Shown here: in pieces, positions 28,361 to 39,665 of the stretch
How the letters are laid out: every line of letters starts with the position of its first letter
How positions within the stretch are numbered: position 1 is the stretch's first letter
Source: Minisyncoccota bacterium
GTDB taxonomy: Bacteria > Patescibacteriota > Minisyncoccia > Phycocordibacterales > Phycocordibacteraceae
Direction of reading: 5' to 3'
NCBI GenBank assembly: GCA_041658485.1
Contig: JBBAAE010000001.1
Location: 11,889 to 75,888, forward strand
DNA length: 64,000 bases
Notes under the pieces: model-generated
The model's input: the letters and a program-made list of their open reading frames with translations, nothing else
Told to the model about the DNA's origin: nothing
Database searches by the model: none
Program-made: the position numbers and the translations under genes

Positions 28361-31300
28361 TTAAAACTCGTCGAAGCGCGGAGTAACACCTATGGTCACT
28401 GACTTTGAACTCGGAACCCCACCGGTCAAACAATTCATTGTGTATGTACTTTGTTGATTTATGATCACAGATTGTGCGCCTGAAAAAGCTGTTGAAGAAA
28501 GCCCAGGGCCAGAAATCGAACAAGAGTCAGGAGTGCCCACCACTCCCCATGACACCGTTGCAGGGTCGCCTTGGCGAACAGTAACGGCTGGGCTAATGCT
28601 GAGAGCAATATCAGCAGGGTTTACAGTAACTGTTGCACTTGAAGATGCACTTCTCGTACCGTTTGTACAAGTGATGCCGTAGGTTGTAGTAACTGGAGGG
28701 GAAACAGTAACCGAACCAACGGTTGCACTCCCTGTTGGGAAGTTAGTTCCTGTACAAGAAGTGGCGTAAGAAGATGTCCAGTCAATGCGTGGAGAAGTTA
28801 CACCTTTAATTATTACGTTTGGTGTAACAGTAATGAGCACCGTGGGAGTGTTCTGTATAGTTCCCGCTGCACATGTCGCAGTAACTGACCCTGCACCTGA
28901 GGTCACAATAACTGAAGCCGATTTCGTACCGGCAGTAGCGTATGTTTTCGAGACAGTTACACCTGTGCCGAGAAGTCCGTCAGTGCCACTCCAGACATAT
29001 GTATATGAACCTACACCACCAGAAGGTGTGACGGTCCACGTTAATGAATCTCCCACATACCCAGTACTTGGTGATGGAGAACATGATGCTGTCACTGCAC
29101 CCGGGTTTACAGTTAATGATGTCCATACACTACAGTTATCAAGCTCATTGGATTCGTTCACTTCATTGAGTGGTGTATCAGCACAAAAACGCATCTGGTA
29201 CGAACCCGGTGAAGGAAATGTGTAGCTTCCTGTTTGAGTACCACTGCCCCCAGCTACAATCGATATTCGACTTAAAGCAATTTTAATTGACGTATTGGCT
29301 TCCGCAAAATTAATAAAGAAACTAAAGATGCGACTCCAAATAGAGTCTGACTTGGTGAGATAATTATTGAGACAAGCACTGTCCGAAGTGAGACACACAT
29401 ACATCCTTGAACCAAAAACTGGAGTCGCTGCCCCACCACGATTAGTAACGCCAGCGGTAAATGTGGTATTTACTCCCGCAGTTACACTGGCAGGAGAGAG
29501 AGACCCTGTAGTTAAATCCGCCAAAGAAACACCAACTACAACAGAGTTTGAACAACTCGCCGTAACTGATGCATTCGATGCAGTTGCCATACCTGCCAAA
29601 TAATTATGTCTCGTTGTACTACCGCTCGTTGAGGTTTTCGAGGCAAGAGAAGCATTCGAATATGCTTCGTAGCGATAGTAGGTATTAACAGGTTGCCCAG
29701 CTGAATTCAAAGTCTCTCGCACATCAACACTACAGCAACCGCCTGCTGGGGTTATACCTGCGCACACTCCTGCCATAGAGCTAGTGTTGAGAGTAAATCC
29801 AACACCATCCTCGGTAGTACCATAACTACCTACTTTCGTACCTCCAGAACAATGCTTTTCCCCTTGAAGCGTAACAGAAGTTGCGCCGGAAGGGCTAGTG
29901 ATAGTGATTGAGGCTGTTTTTGTACCGACAGTTGTATATGTTTTTGAAATAGATGCAACGGCACCCGAGAGACTATCAGTACCACTCCATGAATACGTGT
30001 ATGAACCGGCTCCACCCCATGCAGAGGCAGTCCAAGTTACAGGACTACCGGTGTATACACTTGTTGGCGATACTGAACATGACCCAGAAAGAGCGCCGGA
30101 GGAGGTTGAATTTACTTGAACATTTGCGGTAGCGAAAGCGGTCTGAGGAGTCACGGCAGGAGAGGCGCCGACACATGAATAGATATCAGTATTGATGCTG
30201 CATGCACTGATGGTGTTCACCTTACACGTTGGGATACTACAAGTCTTTCCTGTTGGATTCGAAGGGCAAGTTGGTACGCTTGAATATGCCTTGTTTGGAT
30301 CTGTGAGCGGGCAAGCAAAATCACTTATATCAGACTCTGAATATTGCCATGTACCTGACGATACTGCGCTAGCTCCTGTACAGGTGATGGAGTAGTTTGT
30401 ACTAGCACTTAACGCTCCGGTAGAAATAGAGCCTGATGTATTCCCGCCAGTTTCAAATCCACTACCAACACAAGAAACTGCATTAGTTGAGGACCATGTG
30501 AGAGTAGCGGAAGATCCAGAATTCAAACTTGTTGGAGTTGCAGAGAGTGAAACCGTTGGCGAAGGGATTGAACTTACAGTGACCGTTTGGGATGCCGCCG
30601 CAGAACCGCCAGCGCCAGTACATGAGACAAGATAACTTGTTGTTTGCGATGGGATAACTGTTACAGAGCCTGCAGTTGCCGACGCTGTCGAAAAATTGGT
30701 TCCTGTACAGGAAGTTGCGTTCGTTGAACTCCAAGTAATAACTGACGAGGCACCTGCGACAAGAGAGGTTGGATTTGCAGAGAGCGTTGCCGTTGGCGCT
30801 GCAGGAAGATTCACGGTCACCGTCCGAGATGCAGACGCAGAACCACCAGCGCCAGTACATGAAACGAGGTAACTGGTTGTTTGTGACGGGACCACCGTTA
30901 CGGAACCTGCAGTTGCTGATGCTGTCGAAAAGTTAGTGCCCGTGCAGGATGTTGCGTTAGTTGAACTCCAAGTTATTACCGATGATGCACCTAATATAAA
31001 GGAGGTTGGATTTGCAGAGAGTGAGGCAGTTGGGGCAACAACAGGAGCACTGACAGTCACCGTTGCGGAAGAAGAAATTGTCTGGGCACCATCGGTACAG
31101 GTAATTAAGTAGGCTACTGAAGAAGATGGTGAGACAATAAGCGAGCCTGAAGTAGCGCCACTAGTTGAAAAATTAGTGCCCGTACATGAGGTTACATAGT
31201 CCGAACTCCATGTTAAAAGAGACGAACCTCCACTAGTTATGGAAGCAGGTGTCGCAATAATTCCAACATACGGCGCTGTTGGCTCTTCGATACAACCCTC

Positions 31301-31597
31301 ATCCATGTCGCCAACAGTTGCGGTCTGATAGGCACTTTGCACTGTATAACTATCTCCACCATACACTGCATAAAAGGCCGCGGCACCTCCACTGCCCGGG
31401 GGGAATGGATTAGTTACTACAGTGTAGGAGTATTCCCATATCGAACCACTACACCCTCCGACACCACCTCCTCCACCATCCATGTTTGGTGCAGCGTATA
31501 CCGATTGAGGAATTATACTGAGTACCGCAACTACAAAGACAGCAACCACAAAAAAGCTTTTAAAAGTGCGGGCAACAAACTGGCGGAAGGCTATCAT
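28361..31597 (-). CDS. Large secreted Ser/Thr-rich surface protein with Ig-like (PKD-like) repeats and a CARDB-like domain
   Basis: Signal peptide; repeated TWSSTNATSCTG units; YTYSWSGTD units; CAD..NESNELDNC. Confidence 0.85.
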   Translation of the reverse strand: MIAFRQFVARTFKSFFVVAVFVVAVLSIIPQSVYAAPNMDGGGGGVGGCSGSIWEYSYTVVTNPFPPGSGGAAAFYAVYGGDSYTVQSAYQTATVGDMDEGCIEEPTAPYVGIIATPASITSGGSSLLTWSSDYVTSCTGTNFSTSGATSGSLIVSPSSSVAYLITCTDGAQTISSSATVTVSAPVVAPTASLSANPTSFILGASSVITWSSTNATSCTGTNFSTASATAGSVTVVPSQTTSYLVSCTGAGGSASASRTVTVNLPAAPTATLSANPTSLVAGASSVITWSSTNATSCTGTNFSTASATAGSVTVIPSQTTSYLVSCTGAGGSAAASQTVTVSSIPSPTVSLSATPTSLNSGSSATLTWSSTNAVSCVGSGFETGGNTSGSISTGALSASTNYSITCTGASAVSSGTWQYSESDISDFACPLTDPNKAYSSVPTCPSNPTGKTCSIPTCKVNTISACSINTDIYSCVGASPAVTPQTAFATANVQVNSTSSGALSGSCSVSPTSVYTGSPVTWTASAWGGAGSYTYSWSGTDSLSGAVASISKTYTTVGTKTASITITSPSGATSVTLQGEKHCSGGTKVGSYGTTEDGVGFTLNTSSMAGVCAGITPAGGCCSVDVRETLNSAGQPVNTYYRYEAYSNASLASKTSTSGSTTRHNYLAGMATASNASVTASCSNSVVVGVSLADLTTGSLSPASVTAGVNTTFTAGVTNRGGAATPVFGSRMYVCLTSDSACLNNYLTKSDSIWSRIFSFFINFAEANTSIKIALSRISIVAGGSGTQTGSYTFPSPGSYQMRFCADTPLNEVNESNELDNCSVWTSLTVNPGAVTASCSPSPSTGYVGDSLTWTVTPSGGVGSYTYVWSGTDGLLGTGVTVSKTYATAGTKSASVIVTSGAGSVTATCAAGTIQNTPTVLITVTPNVIIKGVTSPRIDWTSSYATSCTGTNFPTGSATVGSVTVSPPVTTTYGITCTNGTRSASSSATVTVNPADIALSISPAVTVRQGDPATVSWGVVGTPDSCSISGPGLSSTAFSGAQSVIINQQSTYTMNCLTGGVPSSKSVTIGVTPRFDEF

Positions 31598-31657
31598 TCC
31601 ATCTATTGTACAGGGAATTCATACTTGCTGTTAAGAGAAATTTGTGAGGGGTGGAGT

Positions 31658-31692
31658 AATAAAAACTCTCCAGGTAATGGGGAGTTTTTTAT
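31658..31692. terminator. Intrinsic terminator
   Basis: aaaactctcca-ggtaa-tggggagtttttt. Confidence 0.7.
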
Positions 31693-31847
31693 TTCAGCTC
31701 CCTGATTTGCGTTGCTTGCCCCATCATTAGAATTTGGCGTTACTCCTTATAGTGAAGTATTAGACGTTTTAGACACCGACCACACGGTCGTGAATCTGTG
31801 ATTTGCAGTATCCCGTACATCGAAACAATCTATTACGCACCTGTGTA

Positions 31848-34325
31848 TCAAAACTCTTCGTATGCTGGTAGCAGTTTGACTGTTATTGATTTTGAAGTGG
31901 TCCCTCCACCTGTCGTACATGAGAACGTATAGGTACTTTCTTGACCTATAATGACACTTTGCGAACCTGAAAAAGAACCTGATGAGAGCCCTGGGCCACT
32001 CATGAGACACGAATCAGGACTTCCTGATACTGACCAGTTAATAATTACCGAATCATTACGACGAACTGAAGTGTTTGGGGATGCAGTAAGCACTAGATCC
32101 GCTACATATACTGTAACGACCGCGCTCGAGTAAGCACTTTTTGATGCGTTCGTGCACGTAAGGTTATAGGTAGTGGTGTTAGTTGGTGTTACCGATAGAG
32201 CGCCAGACGTTTGGCCTCCTGTTGCAAAATTAGTGCTTGTGCACGATGTTGCGTTTGTCGAAGACCACGTAAGTTGCGACGCATTTTGCCCGCGAATAAT
32301 TGAGCTCGGGGTCGCACTTAAAAGTGCCGTAGGAGAAGCTGAGATTGAGGTTGAATTGCTACATGCTTGAGTAACAGACTGTGTGCCTGAAGCAACAATC
32401 ACAGAGCCGGCTTTGGTTCCCACTGTTGTGTATTGCTTCACAACCGATTGCGTTGTTCCTGATAAACCATCTGTACCACTCCACGAATACGTATAGGAAC
32501 CGGTGCCCCCCGCAGGAGACGCTGTCCACGTTATGTTGTCATTTGTATACCCCGAGGTGGGAGCAACAGCGCAGGAGGTATTAAGTGATGGAATTGCGAC
32601 GGTCACAGCAGTCCACGCACCACAATTATTTGTTTCATTGGACTCGTTGATAACGCCGGAACCCGTAGATGAGTTTTTGTCAGCACATGCACGCACGTAC
32701 CACGTACCTGCCGAAGGGAACGCGTACGAAAAAGTAGTTGCCTCAGAACTATTCGTCGAAATGTTTGGTGACATACCAGTGCCAATATCTTCTGTATTCG
32801 CACCACTTGAAGATGTAGCTCGCTGAAAAAGATTGATGAACTCTCCTCCTGTCGCAGGGTTACCTGCATTCGTGATTGTTGCGGAAAATGTTTTTGCGAC
32901 GTTAGTAATTGCGGAGGTTGGTGAAATGGCGCTCGCACTAAGATCGGACAACACTACACTCACTGCAACAGAATTTGAACAACTCACTCCCGCCGAGTTA
33001 CCGCCCGAAGTAATTGTCACTGCACCACTCTTCGTACCAGTGGTTGAGTATGTTTTGGATACCGATGCACCTGTGCCAGAAAGACTATCGGTACCACTCC
33101 ACGAATACGTATACGAACCGGTGCCACCCGATGCAGATGCAATCCAAGTAACCATCTCTTCCGTATACACACTTGTGGGAGACACTGCACACGATGCCGT
33201 AAGGGGCGTACTTGAAACAGTAACGTACGCACTGCCCGATACACTTGGCGGAGGCGATGTTACTTGGCACGAATACAAGTCCGTAGTGATACCACATCCG
33301 GGACCGATTGTGTTTACTTTACACGTTGAAGGAGGTGAGGTGCATGATTTACCTTGAGGACTCGCTGGGCAATCTGGTACAGAACTATAAACATTGTTGC
33401 TGGATGATACAGGGCACGATAGATCCGAGTAATCACTTTGATAGTATTGCCATGTTCCAGTGCCACTCCCCGAAGAACCCGTGCATGTAAGCGTGTAATT
33501 TGTGCTAGCGTTTGGCGTAATGGTGATCGAGCCCGATGTGGCGCCAGCGGTATCAAATTGAGTGCTCGAGCAATACGAAGTATTGCTCGAAGTCCACGAA
33601 AGCGTTGTACTCCCTCCCGCGGTAACCGAGGAGGGAGACGCGGTCAACAATATACTTGGCGACGAACTTGGGGGCGTTACCGTAAGAGTCGCCGAGCCTT
33701 GCGCTGTACCTCCAGCACCAGTACAACTTACTGAATACGTTGTAGTTTGCGACGGTGAAACAGAAACTGTACCAGAGAGTGCTCCGCCCGTACTGAATCC
33801 CGTTCCCGTACATGATGTTGCATTTGTGGAACTCCACGTGAGTGCAGATGAGTACCCTGCCGAAATGGACGTGGGCGCTAGAGATATTGACGTGGTTGGT
33901 GCGGGAGAAGCGTTGATATAGGTAAGTGCATATGTCTTAGTTGCACTTGCCGTGCCGGCGCCACTATACATTTTATAGAGTATGTTCCAACTGCCGCTGT
34001 TCGACGTTAATTCTCCTTGAATACAGTACGAGCCTGGAGTGTTATAGCCACTTGGGATGAGAGTGCCATCTATAAACCCCCACGCGAGAATGCTCCACGA
34101 CGGTGCAGACGGTGGCGACAAGTCCCCCTCACCACCGAGATTCGCCACAAACGCCCCCGTACATTTTGTATTTGCACTGGTAACGGCGCCAGAAGAAGTT
34201 GGTGGATTGGGGTAGGCGTACGCCTCCGCAAAAGAGACAGAAACGCTTCCCACAAAAACGGCCGCGATTAAAAAACTTCCGAATGTTTTCAAAACAAAAG
34301 ATGTAATCGGTGTGAGCGAGTTCAT
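31848..34325 (-). CDS. Paralogous large secreted Ig-like/CARDB surface protein
   Basis: Same repeat units as 28361-31597; RACADK..INESNETNNC. Confidence 0.85.
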   Translation of the reverse strand: MNSLTPITSFVLKTFGSFLIAAVFVGSVSVSFAEAYAYPNPPTSSGAVTSANTKCTGAFVANLGGEGDLSPPSAPSWSILAWGFIDGTLIPSGYNTPGSYCIQGELTSNSGSWNILYKMYSGAGTASATKTYALTYINASPAPTTSISLAPTSISAGYSSALTWSSTNATSCTGTGFSTGGALSGTVSVSPSQTTTYSVSCTGAGGTAQGSATLTVTPPSSSPSILLTASPSSVTAGGSTTLSWTSSNTSYCSSTQFDTAGATSGSITITPNASTNYTLTCTGSSGSGTGTWQYYQSDYSDLSCPVSSSNNVYSSVPDCPASPQGKSCTSPPSTCKVNTIGPGCGITTDLYSCQVTSPPPSVSGSAYVTVSSTPLTASCAVSPTSVYTEEMVTWIASASGGTGSYTYSWSGTDSLSGTGASVSKTYSTTGTKSGAVTITSGGNSAGVSCSNSVAVSVVLSDLSASAISPTSAITNVAKTFSATITNAGNPATGGEFINLFQRATSSSGANTEDIGTGMSPNISTNSSEATTFSYAFPSAGTWYVRACADKNSSTGSGVINESNETNNCGAWTAVTVAIPSLNTSCAVAPTSGYTNDNITWTASPAGGTGSYTYSWSGTDGLSGTTQSVVKQYTTVGTKAGSVIVASGTQSVTQACSNSTSISASPTALLSATPSSIIRGQNASQLTWSSTNATSCTSTNFATGGQTSGALSVTPTNTTTYNLTCTNASKSAYSSAVVTVYVADLVLTASPNTSVRRNDSVIINWSVSGSPDSCLMSGPGLSSGSFSGSQSVIIGQESTYTFSCTTGGGTTSKSITVKLLPAYEEF

Positions 34326-34336
34326 ATCATTACATG

Positions 34337-34999
34337 TTATTTGATGTCTGATTTGGAATATGTAACAGAACCCAAATGTCGTACGCCAGTTCGAATATCA
34401 TACAGCTCAAAGGAATTTGGACGACCGGTGTGCATGACGATGGTCGCGGGTGACGCGAAACCGACGGCAATGAGGTAGGTTGGCAAATTCGGGATTTTGA
34501 ATGAACCACGATACGAGACGCTCGCGCCACCGTCATACACCTTGAACACATCAAATTGGTTGGTGACCTGATTGAACAATACCGCAGCACTTCCGTCAGG
34601 AGCAACGGCACCAACATCAGGAGTAATGCCTTCTTGCGCAATGAGCACAAGTTCACTTTTTGCTTTCGGATTACGCCAGACTAGCCCTTTCTCGGTAACT
34701 ACAAGAATCATACCGCTCGGAAGTGTAACGTTATTTGAGACTGAGAGAGTTTGTTGTGGTGCCGTGGCAGTATGCACTTCATTCGCAGAATTCAAGGCAT
34801 ACCACCGATAAGTATCAGTTTCATACATTGAAAATACTTGATCTGCCATTCGCTCGTTCGCCTCTTTTGGTATCCATTCAGAAAAAAATGTACGTAGAAT
34901 AGGGACCGCATACAACAGACCGCTCAATGCACCCAAAATGAGCGCAATAGAAAGTGTGATACGCATTGGTCGAGAGAGTCTCTGTACTATCTGACTCAT
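34337..34999 (-). CDS. Membrane-anchored hypothetical protein (beta-rich)
   Basis: N-terminal TM helix; co-oriented, 11 nt upstream of the surface-protein gene. Confidence 0.7.
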   Translation of the reverse strand: MSQIVQRLSRPMRITLSIALILGALSGLLYAVPILRTFFSEWIPKEANERMADQVFSMYETDTYRWYALNSANEVHTATAPQQTLSVSNNVTLPSGMILVVTEKGLVWRNPKAKSELVLIAQEGITPDVGAVAPDGSAAVLFNQVTNQFDVFKVYDGGASVSYRGSFKIPNLPTYLIAVGFASPATIVMHTGRPNSFELYDIRTGVRHLGSVTYSKSDIK

Positions 35000-35036
35000 A
35001 CTCTCAGCAGTCTACAACGAAAAGATAGCACCCCTT

Positions 35037-35068
35037 AAAAAAACACCCCGCATGATGCAGGGTGTTGG
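35037..35068 (-). terminator. Terminator after rplB
   Basis: Minus strand: aacaccctgc-atcat-gcggggtgttttttt. Confidence 0.75.
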
Positions 35069-35074
35069 TGGATA

Positions 35075-35938
35075 TTACGCGCCTTTCGTTCTTTTTTTCC
35101 CGACACGACGACGAGAAACAATGAAGGGATTCGAGTATTTCTTTGGAGTTCGTGTCTTTTGTCCCTTTCCAGATGGCTTACCCCACATGGTGCGTTGTCT
35201 GCGGTGACCACGGCCTTGACGACCTTCACCTCCTCCATGTGGATGGTCAACTGGGTTCATTGCAGTACCACGAACCGTTGGGCGAATACCCATGTGTCGT
35301 GCACGACCTGCTTTACCAATGATAACGAGATGGTGCGCATCGTTTGAAACTTCACCAATCGATGCCCATGCGGTATCAACAACTTTTCGAACTTCAGTCG
35401 AAGGGAGTTTTATTTGAGCGTAGCCAGCATCGAGCGCGATCAACTCAGCGTGGTTACCTGCACTTCGTGCCATTTTTGCACCACCGTTTGCATGTACTTC
35501 AATGTTGTAAATGAATGTGCCGATTGGAATGTTCTTCAAAGGAAGACGGTTACCGGGAGTGATAGGCGCAGTCTCTGAAGTAATAACCTTATCGCCGACT
35601 TTCAAAGATTTAGGTGCAAGGATGTATCGGCGCTCACCGTCAACATCTACAATACGAGCAATGAAACCTGTACGAGTAGGATCGTATTCAATGTGCTCAA
35701 CTTTGCCTGGGATATTCTTCTTAGCGAACATGAAGTCAACCACACGCATCTGTTGCTTGTGTCCACCTCCTTGGTGACGTGTGGTGATGCGACCGAGTGA
35801 GTTTCTACCTGCGTGATTTTTCTTTCCTTTCGTCAAAGACTTCAAGGGCTTCCCGGTCGTCAAAACATCGCGGTAACGAATCACGCTCATGTGGCGAGTA
35901 GATGCGGTTCGTGCTTTGTAATTTCGTGTAGTAGACAT
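35075..35938 (-). CDS. rplB: 50S ribosomal protein L2
   Basis: IEYDPTR, RGTAMNPVDHPHGGGEG. Confidence 0.98.
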   Translation of the reverse strand: MSTTRNYKARTASTRHMSVIRYRDVLTTGKPLKSLTKGKKNHAGRNSLGRITTRHQGGGHKQQMRVVDFMFAKKNIPGKVEHIEYDPTRTGFIARIVDVDGERRYILAPKSLKVGDKVITSETAPITPGNRLPLKNIPIGTFIYNIEVHANGGAKMARSAGNHAELIALDAGYAQIKLPSTEVRKVVDTAWASIGEVSNDAHHLVIIGKAGRARHMGIRPTVRGTAMNPVDHPHGGGEGRQGRGHRRQRTMWGKPSGKGQKTRTPKKYSNPFIVSRRRVGKKRTKGA

Positions 35939-35955
35939 ATTCGTGTATTAAAAAT

Positions 35956-36354
35956 TTATGAGAAACGGATAGTGTCTCCTTTCTTTAAAAATACCAGAGC
36001 CTTTCTTGATGCAGATGTCTTACCAAAACCACGCTTCTTCCTCATTTGTACTCGTTTTGCTGGAGTATTCACTACATTCACCTTGATTGGCATAACTTTG
36101 TAGAGAGCGTTGACTGCCATAGCAACATCCTTCTTTGTTGCCGATTTGCGGATATCAAAAGTGTACACACCTTGCGCGGTCATATTTGCTGCTTTTTCCG
36201 TAATGCGAGGGCGTACCAAAATATTGGCATACTCAGCAAGCGCTGAAGGACGATCAGTCTTTTTAGTAGCAGAAACTTTTGTTTCAACCTTCTTAGCTTC
36301 TGCCTTTGGAGCATCAGCTTTTTTTGTATTCGTTTTTGATTTAAAAATTGCCAT
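35956..36354 (-). CDS. rplW: 50S ribosomal protein L23
   Basis: PRITEKA, KALVFLKKG. Confidence 0.95.
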   Translation of the reverse strand: MAIFKSKTNTKKADAPKAEAKKVETKVSATKKTDRPSALAEYANILVRPRITEKAANMTAQGVYTFDIRKSATKKDVAMAVNALYKVMPIKVNVVNTPAKRVQMRKKRGFGKTSASRKALVFLKKGDTIRFS

Positions 36355-36359
36355 AAAGT

Positions 36360-37025
36360 TTATTTCTCTAGTCGTTCTGTAAGCGTTTTAACAGACACCT
36401 TTGGATCTACAACGAGAATATAACGGTACGTGAGCAAGTCAACAGGGTTTGCATTTCGTGCCTCGTCAACCATCACATTCTTCATGTTACGGAAACTTTT
36501 TACGACAGCAACATCATGCTTTGAAAGAAGAATAAGTGCTGCGTTATTTCTTCGTGTAGCGAGCTCGGCAAATCCTGCAATCTTAGCAAGGCCACCGAGG
36601 GTTGCCTTTGCATCCTTTGTCTTTGGAGCCTTGAAAGAAAGCGAGTCAACGAAAATCATTTTTCCTTTGCGGAGTTTTTCTGAAAGAACTGTTGCGACTG
36701 CTTTTGCACGCATCTTCTTATTAATCTTCTGTGAGAAATCGCGTTCCTTTACCGGTCCGTGCGTTGTGCCTCCTCCTCTCCAGATTGGAGATCGAATAGA
36801 TCCGTGACGAGCTCGGCCAGTACCCTTTTGCCTCCATGGCTTCTTGCCTCCTCCGCGTACCTCACCACGACCCTTTGTGTGGGCAACTGGTGTGCGAGCG
36901 TTTGCCTGCATAGCAAGAACAACCTGATGCACCAAGGCATCATTTCTCTTTGCATCAAAAATGCCCTCTGGGAGTTCAATCTCCCCTACTTCTTTTGCGC
37001 TTGTATTGTAAATGGAAGCTTTCAT
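36360..37025 (-). CDS. rplD: 50S ribosomal protein L4
   Basis: GGGKKPWRQKGTGRARHGS. Confidence 0.97.
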   Translation of the reverse strand: MKASIYNTSAKEVGEIELPEGIFDAKRNDALVHQVVLAMQANARTPVAHTKGRGEVRGGGKKPWRQKGTGRARHGSIRSPIWRGGGTTHGPVKERDFSQKINKKMRAKAVATVLSEKLRKGKMIFVDSLSFKAPKTKDAKATLGGLAKIAGFAELATRRNNAALILLSKHDVAVVKSFRNMKNVMVDEARNANPVDLLTYRYILVVDPKVSVKTLTERLEK

Positions 37026-37029
37026 ATAT

Positions 37030-37638
37030 TTATTTTCCTCGAATTTCAATGACGGTACCTTTTCGTCCTGGAACTGCTCCACGAACAAAAATCTCATTTT
37101 TTACAGCGTCAACGCGAACTACCTCGAGGTTTGGAACAGTCACACGGTCAGAGCCCATTCGGCCTGCCATGCGCATACCTTTCACGACGCGACCGCCCGC
37201 TCGACCTGGACCTCCTCCTGAAGAACCGCGCTCTCTTTCAGAATGTTTCTGACCGTGTGTACGAGGGCCTCCTTTAAAGCCATATCGCTTAACCACACCT
37301 TGGAAACCCTTACCTTTTGAAATACCTGAAACAACGACGCTTTCACCTTCTGAGAAAGCAGTGACATCAAACGTTGCGCCTACTTCAAAGCCTTCGGCTC
37401 CATCGAAACGAAACTCACGAAGTCCACGAACATTTCCTTTAGGTTGTTGCGGTTTTGCGATGCGTGATTCCTTCTGCTCACCGTAACCTACCTGTACTGC
37501 CTTGTAGCCATCAGTCTCCACGTTCTTTACTTGAGTCACCGTAACCTTTGGTGCATGTATAACGGTAACAGGCACAGCGTGACCTGCTGAATTGAAGACC
37601 TGTGTCATTCCTTGTTTTGTTCCTATGATGAATTTCAT
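37030..37638 (-). CDS. rplC: 50S ribosomal protein L3
   Basis: GTKQGMTQ, SKGKGFQGVVKR, GAVPG. Confidence 0.97.
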   Translation of the reverse strand: MKFIIGTKQGMTQVFNSAGHAVPVTVIHAPKVTVTQVKNVETDGYKAVQVGYGEQKESRIAKPQQPKGNVRGLREFRFDGAEGFEVGATFDVTAFSEGESVVVSGISKGKGFQGVVKRYGFKGGPRTHGQKHSERERGSSGGGPGRAGGRVVKGMRMAGRMGSDRVTVPNLEVVRVDAVKNEIFVRGAVPGRKGTVIEIRGK

Positions 37639-37764
37639 TTTGTGAAAAGAAAAACGCGCACTAGTATTTCGCAGTGCGCGATATACCATTGGTCCGAAAG
37701 TAGCCTATTGGGCTTCCGTACGTAGCGTTTCGACTACTATACACAAAGCATCTAAAAGATGCAA
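37639..37764 (-). promoter_or_regulatory. rplC promoter and attenuator-like leader
   Basis: TTGCAT-17-TATAGT (37764-37736); leader hairpin cgcgcact..agtgcgcg followed by tttttctttt. Confidence 0.65.
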
Positions 37765-37773
37765 GAAAACTCA

Positions 37774-37817
37774 AAACAACAAAAAACACCCCATGCAGGG
37801 GTGTTTTTTGTTGTTTT
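37774..37817. terminator. Terminator between rpsJ and rplC
   Basis: aacaacaaaaaacacccc-atgca-ggggtgttttttgttgtt. Confidence 0.85.
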
Positions 37818-37828
37818 TAAAAATTCAA

Positions 37829-38224
37829 TTAAAGCATTCTGACATCAACCGAGACGCCTGATGGAAGCGAAAGGTTCGTCAAAGCATCAATGATTTTTGG
37901 TGTTGGATTCAGAATGTCCAAGATGCGCTTATGAGTACGAATCTCAAACTGCTCACGAGCATCTTTGTAGACGAACGATGAAGCATTGACCGTGAATTTC
38001 TTGATATCAGTTGGAAGTGGAATGGGCCCTACAACCTCCGCATCAAAGCGAAGCGCTGTGTCAATAATTTGCTTTACCGAAGCATCCAAGACTTTGTGGT
38101 CATATGCGCGAACACGGAGACGCAATTTGCCTACACCTCCTGCTGGAGCAGCAGCTTTCGCTGTCTTTGCTCCTGCTTTTGGTGCCTTGCGGACAGGCGT
38201 CTTTTTTTCTTTAGTGTCGGACAT
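37829..38224 (-). CDS. rpsJ: 30S ribosomal protein S10
   Basis: RAYDHKVLD, GPIPLPT, REQFEIRTHKR. Confidence 0.97.
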   Translation of the reverse strand: MSDTKEKKTPVRKAPKAGAKTAKAAAPAGGVGKLRLRVRAYDHKVLDASVKQIIDTALRFDAEVVGPIPLPTDIKKFTVNASSFVYKDAREQFEIRTHKRILDILNPTPKIIDALTNLSLPSGVSVDVRML

Positions 38225-38253
38225 AGATTTTCAAAGTTCGTGAATACTAGGCT

Positions 38254-39450
<1,197 letters not shown>

Positions 39451-39499
39451 ATAATTAATTATTAGTGCGTAGTAATTGGTAACACTGGTAAAAACAAAT

Positions 39500-39620
39500 C
39501 AAAGAGCCCGAGAGCTCTTGCCGTCGATAGTCCTCGCACAACATTAGTGAGGAGTCTATAGACGAAAAGAACGCGTGAAGCGTTACGAGGTACTGTATCT
39601 GAAAGCTACAAAAGAGTCAA
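39500..39620 (-). promoter_or_regulatory. tuf promoter and structured leader
   Basis: TTGACT-17-TACAGT (39620-39592); long imperfect hairpin at about 39511-39570. Confidence 0.65.
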
Positions 39621-39665
39621 GAAAACAGGCGTATCTTTGGATATCTAAACACTCAACTCAGCTTT

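Noticed and set aside
28361-34325. Diversity-generating retroelement acting on the surface proteins
   Set aside because: No reverse transcriptase in the window, and the repeat differences I compared are mostly synonymous rather than adenine-specific.
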